A stretch of 64,000 bases of DNA, taken from the NCBI RefSeq assembly GCF_964204645.1, contig NC_134032.1, positions 7,366,275-7,430,274 of the forward strand, in the 5' to 3' direction. Below the pieces are notes generated by a model, which saw only the letters and a program-made list of their open reading frames with translations, was not told where the DNA came from and did not search any database. This stretch comes from Tubulanus polymorphus (lineage: Eukaryota > Animalia > Nemertea). The position numbers and the translations under genes are program-made. This document shows positions 35,701 through 46,647 of this stretch, in pieces. Position 1 is the first letter of the stretch, and each line of letters opens with the position of its first letter.

Positions 35701-38700
35701 TTGATCATTTTCCAGTCGCCATTTGGATAAAGCGTCACAGTATCGAAGTCTTTATCTATTTTAGTCCCAATTTGTATTTGCAATGGAATTTACTAGGTGT
35801 AAAACGTCATTTGAATAAATCGATAACCAATTACGACAAATTAAGTGAGTGAGTCACTGTATATGCTGAAAATTCAGAAGAAACTGAATTTAAACCCAAG
35901 AATATGTATGTAATTCCACCGGTCTACGGCATCCTAGAAGAACTAAACCAGACTTGAGAAATAATACCTTCTATCAAAATGTATACAAAATTTTCAAATT
36001 CGTTTCGACATTTAAAAAATATACATCATGAAAAGTTCTGAGAACAACCGAAACAAATTCGAAATGTTACGAACTTTAATTGATGCATGAAATGTTCGCT
36101 TTTTTAAAAGGAGTTTTCGAACTCGCAAAACATATTAGTAAAAATGATACGAATGGAATGTAACGCAAACGAATAAATAAATAGATATTGTATAAATATG
36201 ATTTTCAATCGTAGGTCTAACAAGTACTTATAACAGTATCATATACGACAACATTGCGTGTATAAATTCGATAATCAATTAATTAAATAGTGACAGCAAA
36301 TAATAATTTTCTTTTCTTTTCATTATTTACAATTAACAGTTTTGAAAAGAGTCATTAATCGGTTGACGCTCTGAAACTGGGCCTGCGGTCAAAATTGCGA
36401 AATATCCCTTAAGCCCAACGCCACGCGACGCAGGGAAATGGAAGGCGGTATCAAAAATGTTTGATCTCGGAAAAACATTGTTTCCCGAAACCATATTTCT
36501 TATGGAAATGCACACGATACAGGAAAACGCTAAAAACATGCTTCTGTCTTCCTGTTTCCGCGTTTCCCCGCGTCGTGTGCGTAAGTCTTGAATTGTTGGA
36601 TTGGCTCTAAAGCCAAAATGAGATTAGACTGGTCTTAAGTTGTTACATAGGTTATAGTATTAAATAAGTTGGAAATGGCCCTATTATATAAAACTGCCCT
36701 GCTATCACCGCAGTAAGATAATGCCCATATCCTCTACTACTGACTCCGTCAATGAAAATACCCGAATTCTTAAAAACATATCAACGGTCATGTTTTTTTC
36801 TTCTTTCAAATATCATAATGTATATTCGATTTAGTTAACAAACACAGATATGCAAAATCAACGTCTTAATGATCAATAATTAGCTGCACGGGAATAGTTA
36901 TAGCTTATGCCCCCACGAATAACGTCGTGCGTAAAATGTTATGGCCTATGAGTGGCGTCACGCCTTAGAAGTGACGTCACACTCAGAAGTAGTGACGTCA
37001 CTTAAATTACAACATCAGAATATGAATATACAGTCAAAGCGGTTAATTCGTCATTTGGACAAATCGTGTATCTTTTTTAAGGTCATAATTTGTACTTCCA
37101 TTCATTTACGAAGTGTAAGTCATCACTTGGATAAATCGTAACAAAACTGAATTCGTCCAATTTGTTTTGCAATGCAGTTTACTAAAGTGCATGTCATCAT
37201 TTCGATAATTCAATTATAACTTCGACGACTAACGTGCGAATTTTACACCCTACTGTATTTTATACGCGACTGAGTTAGCCAGACAAACAATCAAATAAAT
37301 GTTGAATGCATATCGATTCGACGATGCAAACATTAAAGGTTAAAAAATAGAATAAATTTGATAACAGTTGAATTCGTAACGGTTATAAAATTGTTGTGAC
37401 ATGGATAATTACGTTCACACGGAACAAAAATATCGATAAAATAGAACAACACCCATAAAATTCATTCGTTCTATAAGCGAACTGTTTTTTCAACAATGTC
37501 ATGTGATAAATCTGTACTGAGTAAGTTCTTTAAGTTGTGTTTGAATTCAATAACAATTCTACAAAATGACCATCGATTAAAATTTCAAAAAGGTCAGATT
37601 GTACATTCGTGGCTTAAAATTAAAAAAAAACGGTATCTAACCATCTCTAGACTGGCCTTAAAACTGGTCGATTGGCTGTCAAAACAGTGTAGACTGGTGT
37701 TAAGTTGTTAGATTGGCCATAAACTAACGTCAGCTAAGATCGGTGTTAAAGTTGTAAGATTGGCTATGGAACCTATACAGAGCTTAGAATGGCTCTTCCT
37801 TTGGCCATTGATTTAAGATGGTCCTAGGTTTACGTCATGGCCGTGTGCAACCATCCCTGGCTTCACCCAGTGCTTGAAGTGCTCCTTAATCCTAAGACTA
37901 GTCCCTGATTGGCAGAAGAAATAACAAGGTCTTAAGTCTCTCACCGTTATTATACAACTGACCCTTACTATGTGATAGTTATGCTATACATTTTATCACG
38001 TAGGCCTATCCATTAAATGACCTTGACTTATCCGACCTTTACTGACCTATTTACCGATCACTGGCCAATTGACTGATTTGATTTATTCCTGATTTTTTTA
38101 AATGCGATTTCACGATTATTTTTCGCTGAGAAATTTGAACGAAATCTATTGAGCAAATGATTTACTACTACAAAGTAGGTTTACACAAATCATATTCACA
38201 CATTTCTAACAAAATATGTCAATAAAAATAAATTGAAATATAATCCAATAATGAACAGCAATCCCTAGGACTAAAATGTCAGGCGAAGACGTATTTTTAT
38301 TATGAAGGGAGTATCAATTCTTTTAGTATCAGATGAGTAAAATGAGTATTTTTATACATGAGTAAATACAGAGCATACTGTGGCAAGCGACTTATATGAA
38401 TAGTTATACAAGTATATACAAGTATACCAAATAGCCATATTAACCATTAAGATAGATATCATTCTATTGTTGATAAATATTATTAAACATCATTTATTTA
38501 CTAGTAACTACATCTATCAGAGCTTTATTCGTATTCTAACGATCTACTTTCTTAGAGGTCGCGTTAAAGCTCAATTTTGATGTGAGCGCAGTATTAGATT
38601 TTCTTATGAGAACGCATTTTTCGTCAACTGACTTTCTCTTTCTACGGGAGATCTTGGAAAAATCGCCACGATTTTCAATGAAAAATTAACATTTTCATAA

Positions 38701-40134
38701 TCTATGATGATGAATATAGCTCTATTCGATCACTTCGCGATTGATGGAAATGGTTTTTTTGTGATTTACGGTATGTTAATCGAGCCGTTCTTCGTTGTAA
38801 TAACAGTGTGGCACGTGGCACCATAGTTTTTTTTGCCCTTGAGTGCTGGAGAATTGCCTTACATAGCAACTAAAGATAATCAGGGTATTTATAACCGTCG
38901 AGGGTATATGTCATGTATATCAATTATTGTGTTTGACCACCAATAGAGGGCGGTGCATGTAAACGTCATAGTTTCTTAGCCCGTCAGTGCTGGAGAGTAA
39001 ACATCCATAACAAAAGATAATCATGGGATTTATAGACTTCGAGGGTCTGTCAGTGATTTTTGGTATAGCTGTTAAATGCGTTTAATGGGATGAGATGTTG
39101 TTTCCTATTTACAGTTGGCACATTATCAAAACAACTCACATTCAAAATGTCAATCAATTACGTCGTGTAAAAAATGCAGCTTCTTTCATCGCGATAATAT
39201 CTTTTTGTTCGTAATACCCATTTATTGTTCTACACCTGACTAGTATATATTCCGCGTATTAGAAACACGTGACAAAAATGATAAACTCCATTCGCAGAGG
39301 TTCCTTTTGGTCATTGAAACAAAATGCCTTTTATATATTTCATTTTTTGTGCGGGTTAGTAATTCGTCGAAAAAAGAAAGCTCGGAATGGCAATACCGAT
39401 TGCTACGATTAGAAAGATAAGATAATTGTAATGGCCCCTAATTTATGTTCCCAAAATCGCGGCGGCATTTTTCAGAAATAAAACATTGACCCGGAGTAGG
39501 GAAAAATTTCTCGATTTTTTCTTTGGCGAATAAATCTACTTTAATTGTTATTCAAGAAAACCGAAATGTCCAGGTTTAAGAATCTGACATAACACAGGGA
39601 TTTTCCATTCCCCATCCTCATTTTCAAAGTATTGCCTCAATGTCCAAGACTTGTTTGATCACATGCCCTTAATCTGCCCTTAAATGCCTTCAGTATCCAA
39701 ATTGTAAAAAAAAACTTTTAAAACGTACCACCTAGCAGATTAAAAAGTCGACAGAATGATGCATACAGCTGCTGTGGTACACTTCACCCAGAGCAAAATT
39801 TTCCTGCACAGATCGATCAGTTAAACTTTCGTTTGTGTCGTTTGAGGGAGTCCCCAAAAATGAGGACGGAAAACCCCCGAATGACGTCATCAGCAATATA
39901 CGCAATGTGAATACAATCGAGCTAAGTTGACATGGACATATAAACTAGATATCTAATTTATACATCCGCGGTTAGAGTTAACTCAGAAGTCAGGAACCAG
40001 TTCCATAGTTGGAAGGGTTAAGTTACAGTGTTGTGAGTTAAGAGTTAACTCTGAGTAGAAATCGGTTAATCTCCTATGTAATAACTCAAATCTTAACTCA
40101 CAACACTGTGGAAGTGAGTCCAAGCATCGAGTGC

Positions 40135-40818
40135 TCATTGATGGTTCAATAACCAACAGATGAACACAGTATAGGCGATGCAAAGAGCGGAGGCTGTTAG
40201 GAATCTAGCGGCGCTAGTGTACCGGTTTATAGGTACGTTAAACACCCGCGCAGGGCACTCCGACTTCCACCATTTATCAACCATCGCTTTCAGCTGGCCG
40301 TTAGTCTGTAGCTTCAACAGCGCCCGGTCGAATTTCGCCGTCCAGTTAGACTTTTTCTGAAACGCCAGCGCCAGCGAATCGTTCGACAGGTGATCGATGA
40401 CAACGAGATCGCACGGCTTCTGTCCGACCCAATAATGCGCGAAGTTGTACTCCAAGAACAGCGCGTAGTTGCCCTTCTCGCTACGGACTCTTCTCACCCC
40501 ATCTTCGACCGTCGATACTAGCGGCATATATTGACTACGATCCAGCGCCGTTTGCATCGTTTTAGTTTTTTCGTTTAACTTTTGGATCAACGGATCTTTC
40601 GAGTTCTGGAAGAACTCATCGGCCGATCCGCGCAGGACAAGACCGGGCACAACCTTCGTGAAGTTCACGTCGCGCCATGATGTAATCGGCGGACCGCGTT
40701 TCATGTCGTTGTGGTACATCATCAACACGATTCCGCCGTTCAAATATGGCCGTCCGAAACTGATCGCTTTTTCGTATTTGGCGTTCTTGAAGAAAGCGGC
40801 AGCAGCGACATCTGACGT
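40135..40818 (-). CDS. Paralog B last exon (end of S1 + all of S2 + tail in one exon)
   Basis: cgttgtag acceptor; 684 nt open; TSDVAAAAFFKNAKYEKAISFGRPYLNGGIVLMMYHNDMKRGPPITSWRDV...TVFICWLLNHQ*. Confidence 0.92.
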   Translation of the reverse strand, partial: TSDVAAAAFFKNAKYEKAISFGRPYLNGGIVLMMYHNDMKRGPPITSWRDVNFTKVVPGLVLRGSADEFFQNSKDPLIQKLNEKTKTMQTALDRSQYMPLVSTVEDGVRRVRSEKGNYALFLEYNFAHYWVGQKPCDLVVIDHLSNDSLALAFQKKSNWTAKFDRALLKLQTNGQLKAMVDKWWKSECPARVFNVPINRYTSAARFLTASALCIAYTVFICWLLNHQ

Positions 40819-43569
40819 CTACAACGAGAAATATAGATGAATACAAGTGTTAGAGAGCATTAAACGAATATATGATAATTACGATAATGTGTGAAATTTG
40901 CCACGGGCAATCTGATTGGTGCTTGCGCACCCGGTCTAGTGTGGCTGGGTTTCGTGACTGCTGAGTATAGCGATGCCATCAGGTTTCGAATCCGCACCGG
41001 GGTTTTTTTTTTGTTATGTTTTTGTTAAGCCCTAATCATCAATTTGCGATGCTATCGTATATCTTGCATTTCTTATCTTGCATTATAAAGGCTGTACAAT
41101 CACTATAATCGTTGAGGTCCTTTGGGGGAAAAGTTTAAGCAGTAATCATGCATGAATAACTCAGCAGGAGTTTTTAGTAAAGTTGGACAATATGAATTTC
41201 GATGTACCGTACCCAAAAACAAACAGATAGATAGACATGGACAATCTTTTATGATCTTAACCCCTTATAGTTATTTTCAAATCTCGAAGTATGAAATTAA
41301 GAAGTCAACACAAATAAACCCCAATCAGTCGCTTGTCGGTTCAGGCTGGATTGAAGAGAAATTTCCAATTATGTATTTCGATTTAAACAACAAATTCTGT
41401 AAATTCGACCGGCCACCCGAGTTTGTCTGTACTTCGATTTTCGGTTTCAAAATCAAACCCCTGTTCAGTTCCAGGTGTGACTGGTGGGTTTGTAAGGAAC
41501 ACGAGAAATATGTATTAAATCAGATTAAATCAACCAAATGAATAGTATAGCGACGATCGTGAACTTGACTATATCGAGATAATAAAACACAACACATTGG
41601 AAACGAATGTCAGACACATTACTTCGGATACTTTCTCCGCAGAGCACCGAATGCAACTACTGGTTACCTTATCGACTAATTCGCGGACCATCCCGTTCCA
41701 ATCCCCGCGTGTATCCTGATGTCCGTAATTCCCGTCATATGCCTCCACGAACTCGACGTAAGTGTTGACTTCCGGGTCGGCGGCCAGTCGTTTAACCAGA
41801 TCGAGGAGAAAGCCTTCGAATCGAGCGTTGCCGAATTGCCGAAAGTCCTTGATCATCATGAACGGTTGGACTCCCTGTTGAAATACAAAATCCCAGTTGC
41901 AGCATATAATTTTAAGAAAATCAACTATAAGGAACACGGTTAAGATTATCATCATGAATGCATTGCCAAACCAAACCCAGTATTTACGAGAATGAATAAT
42001 AGTTTTCATACAATTGAATATTTGAAAATACATGTATTTGTAAGATTTTTTTAGACACAAATTGAAAAAGATGACTTCGCAAATGCAATTTTGTTTTTTT
42101 TAGTATCATCTTCTCAATAATCATTAAGAATAACGTCATTACATTAAAACACTTCAAATACAATTCGTCTGAATATACACGCAAGAACCGCCCTCTTATT
42201 TGGAAATTGATTGAATATATAGGATCTTAGCGGACACAGCAGATCTTTCAAAACGAACAATATTGAAAAGCGACAAAAATTGCGACGAAACGGGATGTCC
42301 TGAATTGAGAGAAAAACGAATGCCAGAGATGCACGATAGGCACCAGTACCCTTTTATACCAATGAAGTTTATAGGGAGGCCTTGTTTATTGCAGTTGTTA
42401 TAACCAGTCTTTTTTCAACTGCATATTATTTGCGACGAAGTGTCACCGGCATCATTGTAAGATGCGTCTAGTCTATTGAAAAGGTTATAACGTTTGAGGA
42501 CTAGTAAAGATCTATTCTTATGACATTGAAATGGATCCACATACCCCTAAAAACATGAAATAACTATAATATATTAACTAACACCCAGCGAACATTTCTT
42601 CAAATCTATCATTCCTAATTCTAGGGTGGGGTGATTGCTTTCTACCGTAGCTGCGCACAAAAGATACTAACAGTTTTTGTAGTGAAAACCAAAACCACTG
42701 CTCAAGAAGAAGAAATAGCCTAAACATCGAAAACCATGCGACATAGAGATACATTTTAAAACAGGTTTCGTAGACTGGAGGAATTTTCGTAGCGATGGAA
42801 GGACACTTTGCAAAACTACGAACGCCGCTCGTATCGCTCGTGTGCAATAGGACATCAACTACTGCGGCAATAGAGGATTCCACGACGGTTTTGCAAAATG
42901 GATTTAGTGAGGAGTGGAATGATGAGGAAATGTGACGATGACAATAACGATGATAACATCTTCAACACTATGATAACATTCAATACAATATGTGACCTCA
43001 AGACAACTATATAGGCCAATACTAGACCAAGCTCACAGACGAACACTTAGCTTCCACTTAACACACCGCGGTCCAGTTACACAGTCGTGACTGAAGTCCA
43101 AATATGGTCTGAACTCATAAGCCTGGTCAAAGGTTGTTAGATTGGCTATAGAACCAAAATGAGCTGAGATTGGTCTTAAGTTGTCGGATTGGTTATACAG
43201 CCAAAATGAGCTCAGACTGGTCTCGAGATTGGTTTTAGAACCAAAATACGGTTTTTACACCTTAGTCAAGCTAAGTTTTGTGACTTATATATCACAGAGG
43301 GAATCGGTGAAAATTAGAAGCTTGTGTAAGTCGAAACTAATCATATGCTTCTCTGGCTAAACCGACAAGGAAATCCTCCTCAAACACGAGCCATTATTGT
43401 ATCAGATTAAAGTTCACGACATAATGTAGGCCTGAATGTTCATCATTTGATGTTTTCTAAGGTTGCCCAAGGTCACATGGGGACCGATTGAAAAATTTAC
43501 TTACCGAAGATAAAGTCGTCACCTTAAGCGATTTTTTCTTTTCCATTTCGTACTGCCCAAAAACTACAT
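40135..43569 (-). CDS. iGluR-related ligand-binding-domain-only protein, paralog B (S1-S2 fused, no pore, hydrophobic C-tail); 5' exon(s) not located
   Basis: Three GT-AG exons in frame: 43569-43505, 41874-41668, 40818-40135; about 318 aa. Motifs LKVTT, QPFMM, RFEGFLLDL, DGNYG, WNGMVREL, SDVAAA, FGRPYLNGGI, GSADEFFQNSK, NYALFLEY, QKPCD, MVDKWWKSEC. Confidence 0.92.
41230..41540 (+). repeat. Dispersed repeat, about 310 bp (second copy at about 61980-62310)
   Basis: Shared CCCAATCAGTCG..GGTTCAGGCTG..TTCGATTTAAACAA..TTTCAAAATCAAACCCC in the same orientation. Confidence 0.75.
41668..41874 (-). CDS. Paralog B S1 exon
   Basis: ttcaacag acceptor, gtaacc donor, 207 nt; GVQPFMMIKD...GDWNGMVRELVDK. 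Confidence 0.92.
43505..43569 (-). CDS. Paralog B 65-nt exon (start of LBD)
   Basis: ttttacag acceptor, gtaagt donor; (x)VVFGQYEMEKKKSLKVTTLSS. Confidence 0.85.
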
Positions 43570-44340
43570 CTGTAAAAAGATTGCGCACCTTTCAGTGTCT
43601 CCTCATACAAAAGGTGGCGCGTTGGTATAGACAACAAAAAGTGTACTAGCGAGTGTGTGTGTGTGTGTGTGCATATGTTAGGTGTGCACGTAAGCGCCAT
43701 CTGTAGGAAGACTAAAATACAATTGCCGCGTGAACAGTGTCGACACTTAGCGACAATGTGCCGGAACATCTAAACATTGATGACATTCATGGATTGGTGC
43801 TTTACGGCATCGAGGATACATAGCGTGATTGGAAAACTATTTACAAAAACAAAAAACAAAACGAAAAAAGCATGCCCGCGGATAATAGAATCATCCAGTT
43901 AGATTTTGCGAGAATGTTATTTTTTCGTATCCACATTTCTAGCGTCTCGTTCAATAGAGGCACGGGGTACTTTACCGGGGACGGAGCATTTTTCAGTTAC
44001 TACAGGAAAAGCCTTTTACGTGTAAACAGCAATAAGACAACAGCTAGCATGCTCGAATTCATACTTTGTGACAAAATTAAATTTATAACGAAAACATTAT
44101 CAAATTATTTTGTAAAAAAACCGGAAAAGAAAAGGACGGCAAGTAAGACGTTTTCAACTTTAAAAGTATGATGTGGACTAGAGTCACCCATCCCTACCAT
44201 ACAAATGTCATTTAACACCAGGTATTTTCGGAGACAGAAATTCAGGGCCAAAGGCATTTCAGGTTTCAATGATTCTGAAAACCCTGAAAGTAAACTATTT
44301 TCAACCCAAGAGTTAAACCTTACTCACAGCTGTGGGACCA

Positions 44341-44480
44341 GGGGCTGGTTGCATAGTCATGGCTTAGACTTAAGACTAGTCTAAGACCAACTTATTTCTA
44401 TAGCAAATCTAACAATTAAAGACCGGTCTTATGATTTAAGACCACTTTTGGACTTAAGTCATGACTGTGCAGCTGGCCCC
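44341..44480. mobile_element. 140-bp MITE, representative of an abundant local family
   Basis: TIRs GGGGCTGGTTGCATAGTCATG / CATGACTGTGCAGCTGGCCCC. Related TAAGACC/ATTGGCTATAGAACC subrepeats at about 33750, 36600, 37640, 43070, 48100, 52750, 58010, 58890 and 61300. Confidence 0.75.
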
Positions 44481-44701
44481 AGAGCTATTACACTTTGTCT
44501 AAGAACTTATTTTGTCTAGCACTTAGTTAAACCTAACCCCTGATAAACCAGCATACTCTCCATAGCAAAAAAATACTAACTCACCACTGCGGGTGCCATA
44601 ACGGTGGTTAAATGGATATTTGTGATCAATTTGTGGCCAGCAGGGGACGCCCGCTACAACCTCCTACCTGTCCCACACGATCGCGATGAGACACTCTGGT
44701 T

Positions 44702-45163
44702 CAGGTGCGGATGCAGGGCCATACAGTGACTACAGCACAGTGAAAAAAGGGCACCAACTTTGAAAAGGGCCAGTATTAATGCCCAGCGAGCGAGTTTGAG
44801 TTTGGGTGCCATTCATTGGTATCATGCCACTAAATTTGTCTTCACATTCAATTCGCTTTAAGCCTTTTTTAGATTTTTGGTCGAAATTTGCCCTTTTTCG
44901 ATTAAATATATAGAGCGTCAATAATTTATTTTTTAGAATAGTGCCCTTTTGAGTAAAAAAATGCCTTAGATTGCCTTTTATGATTTTGGGCAATTTATTT
45001 CATTCACATTTTGCTTTAGGCCTAGTACAGAAAGGCAATTATTCTTTTATGACGCACAAATTGTGTGCCCTTTTATTTACTTTTTTCCCGCAACATAAAT
45101 TTTTCAAGGGCATTTGAAAACTGCGACTACCGCACGTGCTGCATGTGCGATAGATCCGCGCCT
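44702..45163. mobile_element. MITE with CAGGYGCGGAT termini and internal TGCCCTTT repeats
   Basis: CAGGTGCGGAT at 44702 and ATCCGCGCCTG ending at 45163. Confidence 0.6.
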
Positions 45164-46172
45164 GGGTATTGCGAGATAGTCCCTGTTATAACCGCCGTGC
45201 GCGTTACAGGCTGGCAATAATAACATGACCTTCGCTCTTAATCGATCAAGGACACGAGAATTGCTACGCGACAACTGATCGATACCGGTATGATCCGTTA
45301 ACCAGCATCACCAAGAAGATCTTACGGTATATCGTGTTGCGTTAATTGCCTAGTAAGAACTACAGCTTACCGCAGATGATGTGCAGTATAAAAGGGCAAT
45401 CATCACTCCGACATGGCAGTAGCTCTGAACCAGGAGCAGTGAAGAACTCGAATTGTTGAAACTTGCTTTTCCTATAAGCAATCATCTCTCTTAATTAACC
45501 GATTTGGTTGCTCCTTTTTGTCAGAAATTTGTGAGCTCCTTTTTTGTAAGAGATTAGTGTGCTCCTTTTTGTGTGAACATGTAACTATATTCATATCCGT
45601 GGCAACAATCAACAATTTACTAAAAGTGCATTCTTCAAACTGAACATTTACATTGCCATATCTAGTAACATATTGAAAAACACAATAATTTTGAGCTATA
45701 AATAAGTGGATTCAATCGGTGGCCAGCATGTAGATTACATCTTTAGCAAGGAGTATTTTTATCTGGAACTGCGGATTGTGTTTTTATGTTTAAATATTGT
45801 AATCAATATTTTGCCAGGTCATTTGTAGCTAAGAAAACATATTTGTAGATTTTTCCTATGTCCATTAATGGATCTAACCCTTAGTCTTTGTCACTTTTAC
45901 CCGGATACCGTTTTGGCAGCTCAAGTAGGCTGTCTTGTTTATTGAGTATTTTGTCTGCCTAGCGAACTGGCTCTATTTTTGAATAAGTGATGTAATAGCA
46001 ATATAAACAACTCTCAACTCACCTGCCCTCGCAACTAGTTTAGCTCTCATCAGGTAATTAGTGTCTTAATATGTCATTAAGATTTGGATGAACCAATCGC
46101 TAGAAGTTTTGGTCACTAATTTCTTGATGGGAGTGTCTTAATCAACTTGGTTTTTGGCAGCACAGATTTGAT

Positions 46173-46647
46173 CACTCTGTGCCTGCTATCCAACTGATTA
46201 AGACGTAAAATAAACTGGTATTAACACATAAATTCAATCGTTTGAATTTTCAGGTGAGTTACATCTATTTTTCATAGTTAAATCTTATATATGTTTTGGC
46301 ATAAATGTGTACCTAGGCTTAGCTGAGAAATCAGACCTTTATGTAACACGTACATTTGGTACTGAGAGTCAATTTTTATAGATTAGGTATTTAATCTAAA
46401 ATGACGGCTAATGATTATTTGTTTGTAGAAATAGGCCTTTGTATTAAGTATGTAGTTAAAGAAAAGTCATTGTAGGACAATCTCAGTTACGATCTGATGA
46501 AGTATGAGTAATCAAGTAGTATAATATTCGATTCTATTCTGTGTATACTGTAACTAATTATCATAACACTCTGTGCCTGCTATCCAACTGATTAAGACGT
46601 AAAATAAACTGGTATTAACACATAAATTCAATCGTTTGAATTTTCAG
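46173..46647 (+). repeat. Perfect 81-bp direct repeat separated by 313 bp
   Basis: 46173-46253 identical to 46567-46647 (CACTCTGTGCC...TTTGAATTTTCAG). Confidence 0.95.

Noticed and set aside
40915-41012. tRNA-like segment (GGTTTCGAATCC followed by a T-run)
   Set aside because: No consistent cloverleaf; at most a decayed SINE or tRNA relic.
41152-41541. 129-aa ORF in paralog B's intron, with similar peptide at 62091-62312
   Set aside because: Both lie in a dispersed repeat and the frames are not conserved between copies.
22470-43569. Bacterial periplasmic binding protein contamination or recent HGT as the source of the LBD genes
   Set aside because: Spliceosomal introns and eukaryotic iGluR-specific motifs (DG.YG, WNGMVREL, KPC, KWW..C) point to derivation from an animal iGluR.
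43524-43769. 81-aa ORF (MFRHIVAK...) overlapping paralog B's 65-nt exon as a possible N-terminus
   Set aside because: Different frame from the exon, runs through a (CA)n tract, and has no convincing phase-1 donor at a workable distance.
45371-45485. Candidate first coding exon for paralog B (MIAYRKSK...PFILHIIC, phase-1 GTAAGC donor, minus strand)
   Set aside because: Phase fits, but the peptide is not signal-like, has no counterpart upstream of paralog A, and overlaps a plus-strand TATA/LTR-like segment; unsupported without cDNA.
45184-45606. Second possible solo LTR (TGTT...AACA with TATAAAAG)
   Set aside because: No TSD and no clear polyadenylation signal; boundaries ambiguous.
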